A stretch of 64,000 nucleotides of DNA from Candidatus Yanofskybacteria bacterium CG10_big_fil_rev_8_21_14_0_10_46_23. Lineage in GTDB: Bacteria; Patescibacteriota; Minisyncoccia; 2-02-FULL-40-12; IGHO2-12-FULL-4. Where the stretch lies: contig PCXO01000005.1 of NCBI GenBank assembly GCA_002771135.1, forward strand, positions 38,061 to 102,060, written 5' to 3'. The translations under genes were made by a program, and so were the position numbers. The notes below the pieces were generated by a model. It was not told the DNA's origin. It did no database searches and worked only from the letters and a program-made list of their open reading frames with translations. Position 1 is the first letter of the stretch; every line of letters begins with the position of its first letter. This document shows positions 28,975 to 37,508 of this stretch, in pieces.

Positions 28975-29619
28975 ATGAAAAAAATCGGACTAATCTTGGT
29001 CGTCATTGCTATTCTTATTTTGGCCTTTATTTTCTTTAGAAACAGTGGGCCGACCAATAACCTTGATCAATTTGAGCAAAGCGCTGAGAATCTTCCGGTT
29101 ATCCCGGAGGGCCAATACAAAGTTGATAGCGAATTAACTCGACTGCGTTGGCAGGGCTCGCGAATTGACGGAAGTACGCACTTTGGCTTCGTTACCGTTA
29201 GCGGGGGAGAAGTTGAAGTTAAGGAGGGCAAAGCCGAAGGGGAATTTAACATTGATATGACGACAATTTCTGAAAGCAAGAACACGGAAATGTTTTTGCT
29301 AGATATTCGCGGTGAAGATTTCTTTGCCGTCGATCGCTTCCCAACGGCTAAAATTAAAATCAACATTGACTCCGAAATGGACCGGGGGCCGGAGGCTTAC
29401 ACGGTTCGAGGCGAACTGACGATTCGAGATAAAACCAACCCCATTTCTTTTCCGGCAAGAATCCATCGCGACGGCAATAATCTGGTAGCGGACGCTTCCT
29501 TCCTTATTGACCGAACTGAGTGGGATATTATTTTTGACTCGGGCAGTTTCTTCACTAATCTTGGCGATCGAGCCATCCACGACAACATTCAGTTTGAACT
29601 TCACCTTATTTTAAATTAG
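28975..29619 (+). CDS. YceI-like periplasmic/lipid-binding protein
   Basis: N-terminal TM/signal, then an 8-strand barrel pattern (LRWQGSRIDGSTHFGFV...FNIDMTTISE...DRFPTAKIKI...ADASFLIDRTEWDI). Confidence 0.65.
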   Translation: MKKIGLILVVIAILILAFIFFRNSGPTNNLDQFEQSAENLPVIPEGQYKVDSELTRLRWQGSRIDGSTHFGFVTVSGGEVEVKEGKAEGEFNIDMTTISESKNTEMFLLDIRGEDFFAVDRFPTAKIKINIDSEMDRGPEAYTVRGELTIRDKTNPISFPARIHRDGNNLVADASFLIDRTEWDIIFDSGSFFTNLGDRAIHDNIQFELHLILN

Positions 29620-29657
29620 TCTCGGGGACATCTTGACGGAGATGCTATAATTAATTT

Positions 29658-30149
29658 ATGGAAAACAAAAATAAAGCAACCCAAGAGGCGGCTTTTGCGG
29701 CCGGCTGTTTTTGGGGGATAGAAGATGCTTTTCGCCAATTAGAGGGCGTTACCTTCACGGAAGTTGGCTATATGGGTGGCCATCAAGATGACCCTAGCTA
29801 TGAAGGAGTCTGCGGAGGACAGACCGGTCACGCCGAGACGGTTCACTTGGAATTTGATCCCGATAAAATCTCTTACCAAAAATTATTAAAAACTTTTTGG
29901 GAAATTCATGATCCAACCACGCTAAATCGACAGGGGCCCGATGTCGGCTCGCAATACCGTTCGGTAATTTTTTACTATAATGATGACCAGAGAAAACAAG
30001 CCGAGGAGTCAAAGACGGCCTTGGAAGATTCTGAGAAATACGACGACGAGGTCGTTACCGAGATAGTCCCGGCTCCGGAGTTTTATCGGGCGGAAGAATA
30101 TCATCAGCAATACTTTGAGAAAACCGGCCGGCGGGTTTGTCACGTTTAA
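29658..30149 (+). CDS. msrA: peptide methionine sulfoxide reductase MsrA
   Basis: AAFAAGCFWGIEDAF active-site GCFWG motif; 163 aa. Confidence 0.9.
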   Translation: MENKNKATQEAAFAAGCFWGIEDAFRQLEGVTFTEVGYMGGHQDDPSYEGVCGGQTGHAETVHLEFDPDKISYQKLLKTFWEIHDPTTLNRQGPDVGSQYRSVIFYYNDDQRKQAEESKTALEDSEKYDDEVVTEIVPAPEFYRAEEYHQQYFEKTGRRVCHV

Positions 30150-30163
30150 CTTCAAAAAGAAAA

Positions 30164-30192
30164 GACTCCCCGTTTCGGCGGGGAGTCAGTTT
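30164..30192. terminator. bidirectional intrinsic terminator between convergent genes
   Basis: GACTCCCCG-TTTC-GGCGGGGAGTC perfect hairpin flanked by A-run / T-run. Confidence 0.65.
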
Positions 30193-30608
30193 TGGAATCG
30201 ACGGGCGATCTTTTGGGCTAAGCCCTCTAGATCGTCCAATTCCGACTGGTGTACTACCAAGTCGGCCTTGGTCCCGTCTTTCTCGGGGTTGATGGTCAGG
30301 TCAATTGTGACCCTCTTTCCCCGAAAGACAAAGAACCCGTCGATTCCGTGCCACTGATCCAGTGGCGATCCTAGTGCGGTGTAGAACCGCAATTCCGACC
30401 AATCCTCGATTTCCAGCGCGATAGCGATCAGCGCGTGGAGATCGTTCATGGTCGGCGATTCGGGATCGCTCGGATCACCCGACTGGCCCTTTTCGACCAG
30501 TCGGAGGCTCTCACGGAATGGGGTATAATCCCCATTCCAAGAGAGCCGGCACGGGCCCAGCACCTCTTGTTCAAAGAGGTGCCCAGTGTAACTACTAGGT
30601 GTGGCCAT
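30186..30608 (-). CDS. hypothetical protein (141 aa), relatively GC-rich
   Basis: AAGGAGG RBS then ATG at 30608 (MATPSSYTGHLFEQEVLGP...); acidic; no recognisable motif. Confidence 0.45.
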   Translation of the reverse strand: MATPSSYTGHLFEQEVLGPCRLSWNGDYTPFRESLRLVEKGQSGDPSDPESPTMNDLHALIAIALEIEDWSELRFYTALGSPLDQWHGIDGFFVFRGKRVTIDLTINPEKDGTKADLVVHQSELDDLEGLAQKIARRFQN

Positions 30609-30758
30609 TTCCAACCTCCTTGAAAGGTACTGGCGAGCGGAGACCCATTCTCCGCTCTCAATATCTATATTATCCCATATATTATATAAGTATGTCAAAT
30701 AAAGTAAAAACCCCAACTTTTGGGGCATTTCTCTTTTTTTCCGTCTTTTTTAGGAGTT

Positions 30759-31514
30759 TTATTCGAAAATCGATAAGGCTTGCATAATCCCCATGCCCAA
30801 AACTAGACCTATTAGTTGGAAAGTGGCTAATTTAATCCCATTTTTCCGGCCTTGGTTGAGCTCCGGGATCAAATCGGTTAAGCCAATATAGATAAAACTT
30901 CCAGCGGCCAGGGGGACAACATATTCAGCAAAGGCGGTAACCTCTTGGCCAATCAGAACTGTCAAAATTAAACCGGCAACGGCCACAAGGCCGGAAATAA
31001 AATTCCAGAATAAGGCCTGTCGACGCGTATAGCCGGAGTGAATCAAAACCCCAAAATCACCAACTTCTTGAGGAATTTCGTGAAGAAAGACGGCGATGGT
31101 CGTTGCAACCCCCAAAGGAATACTGACCAGATAAGAAGCCCCGATTAAAATACCGTCGATTAAGTTATGTAAGCCATCACCGATTAAATTCATCTGACCG
31201 ATTCGATGATCGCAATGTTCGTGGCTCGTGTGATGATCGTGATGCCAAAGCAATATTTTTTCCAGAATAAAGAAAAAAACTATGCCCCCTAGGACCAAAA
31301 GCGCCGTTTGGTTAGCGCCCAACACTTCTGTCGCTTCGGGGATTAAGTGAATGAAGGCATCGCCGACAAGAGTTCCGGCCGCTAAACTTACCAGAAAAAA
31401 GGTAATTCGCTTTAACCGAGACTTACTTATGGATAAGAAAACCAGCGCTATTAAGGAAATTAAACTGACGGCCACGACACTTATCAATGAATAAAGAAAA
31501 ATGTTTGACTCCAT
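30759..31514 (-). CDS. zupT: ZIP-family divalent metal (zinc) transporter, ZupT/GufA-like
   Basis: His-rich loop HDHHTSHEHCDH; conserved HEIPQEVGDFGVL motif in TM. Confidence 0.8.
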   Translation of the reverse strand: MESNIFLYSLISVVAVSLISLIALVFLSISKSRLKRITFFLVSLAAGTLVGDAFIHLIPEATEVLGANQTALLVLGGIVFFFILEKILLWHHDHHTSHEHCDHRIGQMNLIGDGLHNLIDGILIGASYLVSIPLGVATTIAVFLHEIPQEVGDFGVLIHSGYTRRQALFWNFISGLVAVAGLILTVLIGQEVTAFAEYVVPLAAGSFIYIGLTDLIPELNQGRKNGIKLATFQLIGLVLGMGIMQALSIFE

Positions 31515-31552
31515 GATTTAGATTTAGTTTAGATTCTGTTAGAATAATAGCA

Positions 31553-31984
31553 GTGAGATCAAAAATCACAAAATTTATTGCCTTAATCAGCGGACTAGGG
31601 ATTATCGATACAGCCTATCTTTCTTGGCAACATTTTAATTATAACCCGCTCCAGTGCAGTTTCTTCAGTGGCTGTGACATTGTTACCACCAGTCGATTCG
31701 CCGTGATCGGGGGCATCCCCTTGGCTCTGATAGGTCTTTTGTTTTATGCGATTGTTTTTATTTTAAATCTAATTTCCGAAAAACATCGATCGGCTCAAAA
31801 GATTTTATTGATTTTAGCTACGATCGGTTTTGGCGTCTCTGTTGTTTTACTCTATCTTCAAATTTTTGTGATTAAAGCTTTATGTATCTATTGTTTAACC
31901 TCATTTGCAACCTCAACGCTGATTTTTATCGCTCTCCTTTCTTCTCTTCGAAAAAACAAAAACCCCATCGCCTCGACTAGATAG
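31553..31984 (+). CDS. vitamin K epoxide reductase (VKOR) family membrane protein
   Basis: 4 TM; loop cysteines CSFFSGC and active-site CxxC (CIYC) in the last TM. Confidence 0.6.
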   Translation: MRSKITKFIALISGLGIIDTAYLSWQHFNYNPLQCSFFSGCDIVTTSRFAVIGGIPLALIGLLFYAIVFILNLISEKHRSAQKILLILATIGFGVSVVLLYLQIFVIKALCIYCLTSFATSTLIFIALLSSLRKNKNPIASTR

Positions 31985-33008
31985 TCAATTGAATGGGGTA
32001 GAATTTTCTAAGGAAGCTCTTGACGCGTTCACCAAGAACTTCAAAGACCACATGATCCGGGTGGATTTTTTTCACGCGGATGGCCAACCCGGCGATCCGC
32101 TCTTCCGCCCCTGGGAGGGCCGTGGCCGCTAAAGCCAGAATCGGGTCCGCTTTAGGATCACAGTCGAAAATTCGACAAAAGTCCGACCACTTTTGGGAAT
32201 CCTCTTCCACGAATTTTCGGATCATATAAGCCAAGAGGTGTCGAGCAATATCGACCCTCCCGTTTTCCAGCCGAAGGTAGCTATAGCGAGCCACGCTTTC
32301 GGCTAGCTTTCTTAAATTAATGTACCGGAGGGGATCGGAAAATTTGCTCCCTCGATTCATTCCATAAACCTTGTCGGAGAATAGGAAGAATTTATGGAGC
32401 TGATAGTTCAAGATAGGGTTTTTAAGTTCCCCCCTTAAAATATCCGCCAGAAGAAGCGGGTCTTCCTTTAGGACTGAAAATCGCTTTCCGGAATAAATCG
32501 GGTAGCGTTTCGGCCAGCTTTCGATTACACGCCCCTTGCTTCGAGCGGTTACTTGGAATCTGGATTGCTCAATATCCAAACCGGGCCGGGCCCAGTTTTC
32601 GGCTTGGATATCGGCTTCGTACTGAAGCATCGCCAGAATATGCGGGCGAACAAGGCGGTACTGGTCCGGGGTAAGCCAAGATACTTTTTTCCTTGACGGG
32701 ACCCAGACCTTCCCCTCTGGCCCCTGCATATTGTTTGGGTGGTTGGCCCGTGTGGCCCCAATCCCAATTTCGCAGAGGTCAACAACTTTAGGAATAGCCA
32801 CCCCGTACCTTTTAGAGACCTTGATAAAATCAGGGGCGAGTTTTTGGGGTCTCCCGATGATGGTCATCAGGGCCAGGCGAGGCCCAGAGGAGTCTGCGAT
32901 CTTTATCTCAACCCCGTCGGGATCAGTGATCGTGATTAGATATCGACTTAAGTGGGAGACGAGCTCCAAGTCGCGTCTAACCTTTTGAAGCGTTTTTTGG
33001 GTTATCAT
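31977..33008 (-). CDS. hypothetical protein (343 aa), second gene downstream of the reverse transcriptase; candidate effector
   Basis: No recognisable motif; start is 12 nt after the stop of the 437-aa gene, so likely translationally coupled. Confidence 0.45.
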   Translation of the reverse strand: MITQKTLQKVRRDLELVSHLSRYLITITDPDGVEIKIADSSGPRLALMTIIGRPQKLAPDFIKVSKRYGVAIPKVVDLCEIGIGATRANHPNNMQGPEGKVWVPSRKKVSWLTPDQYRLVRPHILAMLQYEADIQAENWARPGLDIEQSRFQVTARSKGRVIESWPKRYPIYSGKRFSVLKEDPLLLADILRGELKNPILNYQLHKFFLFSDKVYGMNRGSKFSDPLRYINLRKLAESVARYSYLRLENGRVDIARHLLAYMIRKFVEEDSQKWSDFCRIFDCDPKADPILALAATALPGAEERIAGLAIRVKKIHPDHVVFEVLGERVKSFLRKFYPIQLTI

Positions 33009-33020
33009 TTCTGGCCCTCC

Positions 33021-34334
33021 TTAGAACATCCCAAACTGTTGTTTAGTTTCCAAAGCCTTTCCTTGGCTTTGGCCGAGAGCTCTAAGCTCGTCAGGCGCCA
33101 AGGCAAGAATTTGCCGATGTCGCTCTAACTTTTCTAGGGTCGCTTTTCCCGTTCGACGGCCCGGAAACGGAGAAATTCCTCGAAATGTTTGTTGACCAAA
33201 AGATGGCTTTCTTTTTATCGGAACGATAAACCCCAGCCGGTAATACGGGAAGGCGGGGACAACACTCCGACAAAGGTCAGCTTGAAAGACACAATCCGCG
33301 CAAGGTTCCCAATAGTTTTTTGGGATTAAACCCGGCTGGGCCAAAGCCTCCTCGGTGAAAAACATCCTCTGGCCATTGGGCCCGTTCCTACTTTGAGATT
33401 GAATATGAGCCGAGCAATCTGTTCGACTCTTAAACCAAATTGAGTAGGAAAGGCTGTAAATCGGCAGATCTAGCTTAGTGATCATCCCCATCGTCCAAAG
33501 CGCGATGGAATTGGTGATCTGCTCCGTGACCCGAAAAGCGGGTCTTCCTCGCAGAGCCTTGAATATAGCCCCGTTATCGACCCGATTTTTTTCTGAACCA
33601 ATCTGACCCGGCTGAAATTTTTGCCAGACCTTTTTGTTGATTTTAATTAACCCCAGCCCCAGAAAGAGCCGGATCATGTGAAAATCAACTGGCAACGGAC
33701 AGGGCATTTTCGGAATCAACTCCTGTTCCATATACCAAATCGCGAGCAAGGAGAAGATTTTTAGGCGCATGCCCCCAAACCGATCATGGCGATCAACAGT
33801 ATTATTGAACGCGGAGACAACGTTGTCTTGGCCCTGAAATATTTTCCGGGGGTCGCCCTCCCAATACTCCGACAAGCATCGGGCGTTGTTCCGCCAATTT
33901 TGAGTATGCTCTCGGATATTCATCGCCAGAGAGCCGTGGTTTGACTCGCCTTGAGTCGCTCCGCCAAGAGCGATAAGGCTGGCTTCTTCCAACTTCTGAC
34001 CGATCTCCGGCGAGCTCATCCGGATAATTTCTTCCGGCTCGAACATCTCCGGATAAATTTTACAAAGTATCCCCAGGGAGAAAAAGGGGTCATCACTGTT
34101 TATCCCGCCTCGCATAAAGAGCGCCACGAAAAAATAAAACAGCACCATTTTCCGAGGATCTCCTCTTAGCTCCGTTAGCGAATTGAGATAGAAAATTTCG
34201 GGAGGGACGGTAAGGCCGTAGCGACCTTCCCCCTCGCGATACTGTTTCTCCAAAACCCCAAAAACATAACTCGCCCGTTGGCGATTAAAGAACACCAACC
34301 CCGCGCGAGCTTGCGCCTTCATTTTATTGCCCAT
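33021..34334 (-). CDS. hypothetical protein (437 aa), first gene downstream of the reverse transcriptase; candidate effector
   Basis: No recognisable motif (MGNKMKAQARAGLVFFNRQRASYVF...). Confidence 0.45.
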   Translation of the reverse strand: MGNKMKAQARAGLVFFNRQRASYVFGVLEKQYREGEGRYGLTVPPEIFYLNSLTELRGDPRKMVLFYFFVALFMRGGINSDDPFFSLGILCKIYPEMFEPEEIIRMSSPEIGQKLEEASLIALGGATQGESNHGSLAMNIREHTQNWRNNARCLSEYWEGDPRKIFQGQDNVVSAFNNTVDRHDRFGGMRLKIFSLLAIWYMEQELIPKMPCPLPVDFHMIRLFLGLGLIKINKKVWQKFQPGQIGSEKNRVDNGAIFKALRGRPAFRVTEQITNSIALWTMGMITKLDLPIYSLSYSIWFKSRTDCSAHIQSQSRNGPNGQRMFFTEEALAQPGLIPKNYWEPCADCVFQADLCRSVVPAFPYYRLGFIVPIKRKPSFGQQTFRGISPFPGRRTGKATLEKLERHRQILALAPDELRALGQSQGKALETKQQFGMF

Positions 34335-34436
34335 GTGGTTATTATCCCTTCTGATTTTTTTAATGAACGGAAAAGTACACTGAGCTTAGCCTAACAGAAT
34401 AGACCCACTAGGCAAACAAAAAACCGCTTCTTGATT

Positions 34437-35423
34437 TTAGCGGTTATTTTCTGGATCATCTTGCAACTTTCGAAAAGAACGGAGAAGTTTTTCCTCGTGT
34501 TGGTTGGGGACCTGCCGCGCGACCTTAAGGGTGTGTAAGACGAGTCCAACCATTCCCCGAGCTCGAGCGATCTCGTGGGGATCTCGCGTTTCCAGAGCTC
34601 GATGGACCAGCCCCGCGATTTTACGGGTGTAATTTCGGGGGATGAACATCCGGCCCCCGTATTCAAGGCCGATCCCGGTTATTACAATCGGCCCCTTTTT
34701 TAAATCTTTGAACTGACACTTGCCGTGGTTAATCGGCAATCGCCACTGTTTCAAGGTTTCTCTAATTTCGCGACGCTTCTTTCGAGAAGGCCGAGATCGA
34801 AAAGAGAATACGAGATCATCAAGATAATGGGTGTAATGACCCGCGGAAATCATTTTAGAAATCCGCCAATTAACAAGGGTGCCAATATAGGCGTTGAAAA
34901 GATCGGGGGAGGCGGGGAGACCGACGGGCAACCCGGGAATCTCCGGCAAAAGAAAATACCTCTCCAGAAATATCGTCACCCCGGCTTCATCTTCTTCCGA
35001 AAAAGCTTCGAAGTGGGGGATTGCCCGAAGAAATTCGATCACAATCTTGATCATCAGACTGTGGTCAACTTGACTGTAGGCATCTTTCAGATCCACAACA
35101 TAGAAAAACCGGTTCCCCCGATGTTCAGATACCAGTCTCTGATGGGAAAACCCGGGGCGGGCGCCTCGGGCGTAATGTAAAGCCGAACTCGCTTTCTTGG
35201 AGACCCGCAAAAGATAAATGAGCCCTTTGTGGAGAAACCGGAGGGCCTCATTCGGAACGGTTAGCATTCTGACCTTCTTTTGGCCACTGAGGGGGTTTAT
35301 ATCTCGGATCGCCCATCTTTCCCATTTGGGAGGCTCTGAAAATGTCGGTCGGAGGCTAAGCTCTCCCGGCTTCGTGTAAGCCGATCGCTCTAATTCCGCC
35401 AGAAAATCGCTTATTTTATACAC
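34437..35423 (-). CDS. reverse transcriptase (compact, retron/DGR/defence-RT type; no maturase or endonuclease domain)
   Basis: AAGGAGAG RBS then GTG start; RT motifs YVVDLKDAYSQVDH, GLPVGLPASPDLFNAYIG, YTHYLDDLVF (YxDD); ITG triplet (PIVITGIGL) in the thumb, reminiscent of the retron VTG motif; 328 aa. Confidence 0.8.
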   Translation of the reverse strand: MYKISDFLAELERSAYTKPGELSLRPTFSEPPKWERWAIRDINPLSGQKKVRMLTVPNEALRFLHKGLIYLLRVSKKASSALHYARGARPGFSHQRLVSEHRGNRFFYVVDLKDAYSQVDHSLMIKIVIEFLRAIPHFEAFSEEDEAGVTIFLERYFLLPEIPGLPVGLPASPDLFNAYIGTLVNWRISKMISAGHYTHYLDDLVFSFRSRPSRKKRREIRETLKQWRLPINHGKCQFKDLKKGPIVITGIGLEYGGRMFIPRNYTRKIAGLVHRALETRDPHEIARARGMVGLVLHTLKVARQVPNQHEEKLLRSFRKLQDDPENNR

Positions 35424-35459
35424 TGCGATCTCTCCTTCTTTATTGTTTTTTTAAAAATC

Positions 35460-35650
35460 AGCAGGGGGAGTCTCGAACCCGAAACCGATTTTTGCTGAGG
35501 TTGCTAGGAAGCTCGGTGCGAAAAAACACCTTACTCTCCTTTTTGGATTCTAGCCGAACCCTACGCGCTATGTGAATAGCGCGCACCCGCTCTGAGCGGA
35601 TCGGCCCTCACTTAGATGGTTAAGGTTCTTCCGCGACTCCCCCCTGTCCT
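35460..35650 (-). ncRNA. structured non-coding region immediately upstream of the RT, bounded by inverted repeats; candidate retron msr/msd-like ncRNA
   Basis: CAGGGGGAGTC (35462-35472) is the reverse complement of GACTCCCCCCTG (35635-35646), one nt apart; internal hairpins (CGCGCTAT-TCAC-ATAGCGCG; CCGCTC-TG-AGCGG); GC-rich; no ORF. Confidence 0.45.
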
Positions 35651-35714
35651 TCCTAGACCGCTGAGGTGCTAGGAGGCTGATTTTATATTCGCACAATGGG
35701 GTAAATTTACAATA

Positions 35715-36086
35715 TTAGTTTGGATCGACACATTGAGCGCTGTCTTTAAACGGGGGGATTGTTTTTATGATATTACTCAGGGTACTGGTTAGGTCGGCCC
35801 GCTCATTTGATTGGATCAGCTCGTCGATGTGACCCTTGGAAGAATCAATGACATTTTTTAAAGTATCCGCTTGTTCTTCTAGGCTGAGATTGGCAAATTT
35901 CCCCTCATGGATAAGATTTTCAAAATCATTAATTTCGTTTTTAAAATCGGAAAGAATCGTCTTCTCTTTGGCGGCCGGATTTATGATGGTAATAGTTTTT
36001 TCTTTAGCCGCTTGGATAAAGTCGGGTTTTACAAAACCGATTACCAAACCAAGGGCGGCGAGACCAACTAAAAAGCGAATAATCAT
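35715..36086 (-). CDS. small secreted/membrane-anchored protein with an AAKEKTI tandem repeat (hypothetical)
   Basis: N-terminal signal/TM; AAKEKTITIINPAAKEKTIL repeat. Confidence 0.4.
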   Translation of the reverse strand: MIIRFLVGLAALGLVIGFVKPDFIQAAKEKTITIINPAAKEKTILSDFKNEINDFENLIHEGKFANLSLEEQADTLKNVIDSSKGHIDELIQSNERADLTSTLSNIIKTIPPFKDSAQCVDPN

Positions 36087-36167
36087 GGTTTTTATATATT
36101 ATCATTATTTGGGTGCAACGTCCTCTAAATTATAGTATAATGGTCGTGGTAAACGAGCCAAATTTTT

Positions 36168-37508
36168 ATGAAGAAACGGCCACAAAAAATTATCCTGACC
36201 GTCCTTTTTGTCTTGGGGCTAATCTTTTCGGGGCTAACCCCCGGATTTTCTTTGGCTGACGAGAGTCTCGACGCGATCAAGGCGCGCGAAGCGGAGATTC
36301 AAAGACTCCAAGAACAAATACAAGCCCTCCAGGGCCAGATCGACGCCAAGCAGGGTGTAGCTCGAACACTAGAAAATGAGATCTCCAGATTAAACGCTCA
36401 AATTTCCAAGGTTCAGCTGGGGATTCAACAAATTCAACTCTCGATTGACGGAGTTAACGGTGACATTGTCGGGATTAATCGAAAGATTCAAGATGGCCAA
36501 ACCACCATGGCGACGCACAAGGAAGCCCTCTCCGAAATAATCCGGGTTATTAACCAGCAAGATTCAGAAAATTTAACGGAGATAGTCCTGAAAAATGATT
36601 CTATTTCCGACTTCTTCTCAAACCTCCACGCCATTAAAACGACGCAGAACTCGCTCAAGATTTCAATTGATCGGATTCGCCAAATCCAAGCCGAACTGGA
36701 AGAAGACCAAGCGATTCTTCAAGACAGACGTGGTGAACTTGAACAACTGCAAACCTTTCAGGAAATAGAGCGCCAAGCCATCGCTTCGGCTCGGGGCACC
36801 AAAGATAAAATTTTAAGCCAAACCCGAGGCGAAGAGGCGCGTTTTCAAGATCTGGTTCAGCAATCGAAGCGAAATATCGAGGCCCTAAGAGCCGAGATCC
36901 AGTTCTTGGTCCAAAGTGGTATTACGGCGGAGGACGCGGTCAAATATGCCGAATTAGCGGCATTGCGAGTTGGCATTCGGCCGGCCTTCCTTTTGGCTCT
37001 TCTGGATACCGAATCTCGTCTGGGAGCAAACGTCGGAAAGTGTGTCATCGTTGACCAGACAAGCGGAACAACTCGACATGTCACTACCGGACAAATATCG
37101 CAAAGGGGGATACATCCGACCAGAGATTTGCCGGTCTTTCTCCAGATAACCAACGAGCTTGGTCTTGATCCCGGGCAAACGCCCGTATCTTGCAACCCCT
37201 ACGGCACCGCCGGTTGGGGCGGAGCGATGGGCCCGGCCCAGTTCATTCCCTCGACTTGGCTGGGCTATCGAGAAGCGGTATCAAAAATAACCGGCCGAAC
37301 CCCGGCAAACCCTTGGAATTTTGAGGATGCCTTCATCGCCTCGGCTTTATATTTAGCGCGTCGCGGAGCCGCCGCTCAAACCAGAGAAACCGAGATCGCC
37401 GCCGCTAAGGCTTACATCAGTGGTAGCCCAACTTGTAGTAGCTCAATTTGTAACTATTACGCCAACGCCATTCTCCAAAAAGCGGCCCAAATTGAACCGA
37501 CGTTGTGA
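36168..37508 (+). CDS. secreted coiled-coil protein with a C-terminal lytic transglycosylase (SLT/MltB-like) domain
   Basis: Signal peptide, about 250 aa of coiled coil, then ALLDTESRLG...GAMGPAQFIPSTW, typical of the SLT_2 / MltB lytic transglycosylase family. Confidence 0.65.
   Translation: MKKRPQKIILTVLFVLGLIFSGLTPGFSLADESLDAIKAREAEIQRLQEQIQALQGQIDAKQGVARTLENEISRLNAQISKVQLGIQQIQLSIDGVNGDIVGINRKIQDGQTTMATHKEALSEIIRVINQQDSENLTEIVLKNDSISDFFSNLHAIKTTQNSLKISIDRIRQIQAELEEDQAILQDRRGELEQLQTFQEIERQAIASARGTKDKILSQTRGEEARFQDLVQQSKRNIEALRAEIQFLVQSGITAEDAVKYAELAALRVGIRPAFLLALLDTESRLGANVGKCVIVDQTSGTTRHVTTGQISQRGIHPTRDLPVFLQITNELGLDPGQTPVSCNPYGTAGWGGAMGPAQFIPSTWLGYREAVSKITGRTPANPWNFEDAFIASALYLARRGAAAQTRETEIAAAKAYISGSPTCSSSICNYYANAILQKAAQIEPTL

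Noticed and set aside
34437-35714. Considered a diversity-generating retroelement (DGR) instead of a retron.
   Set aside because: I could find no template/variable repeat pair (a roughly 100-nt near-duplicate with A-specific differences) between the upstream non-coding region and the 3' end of any neighbouring gene. No Avd-like small gene is present. The inverted-repeat-bounded ncRNA fits a retron better. This cannot be fully excluded without alignment tools.
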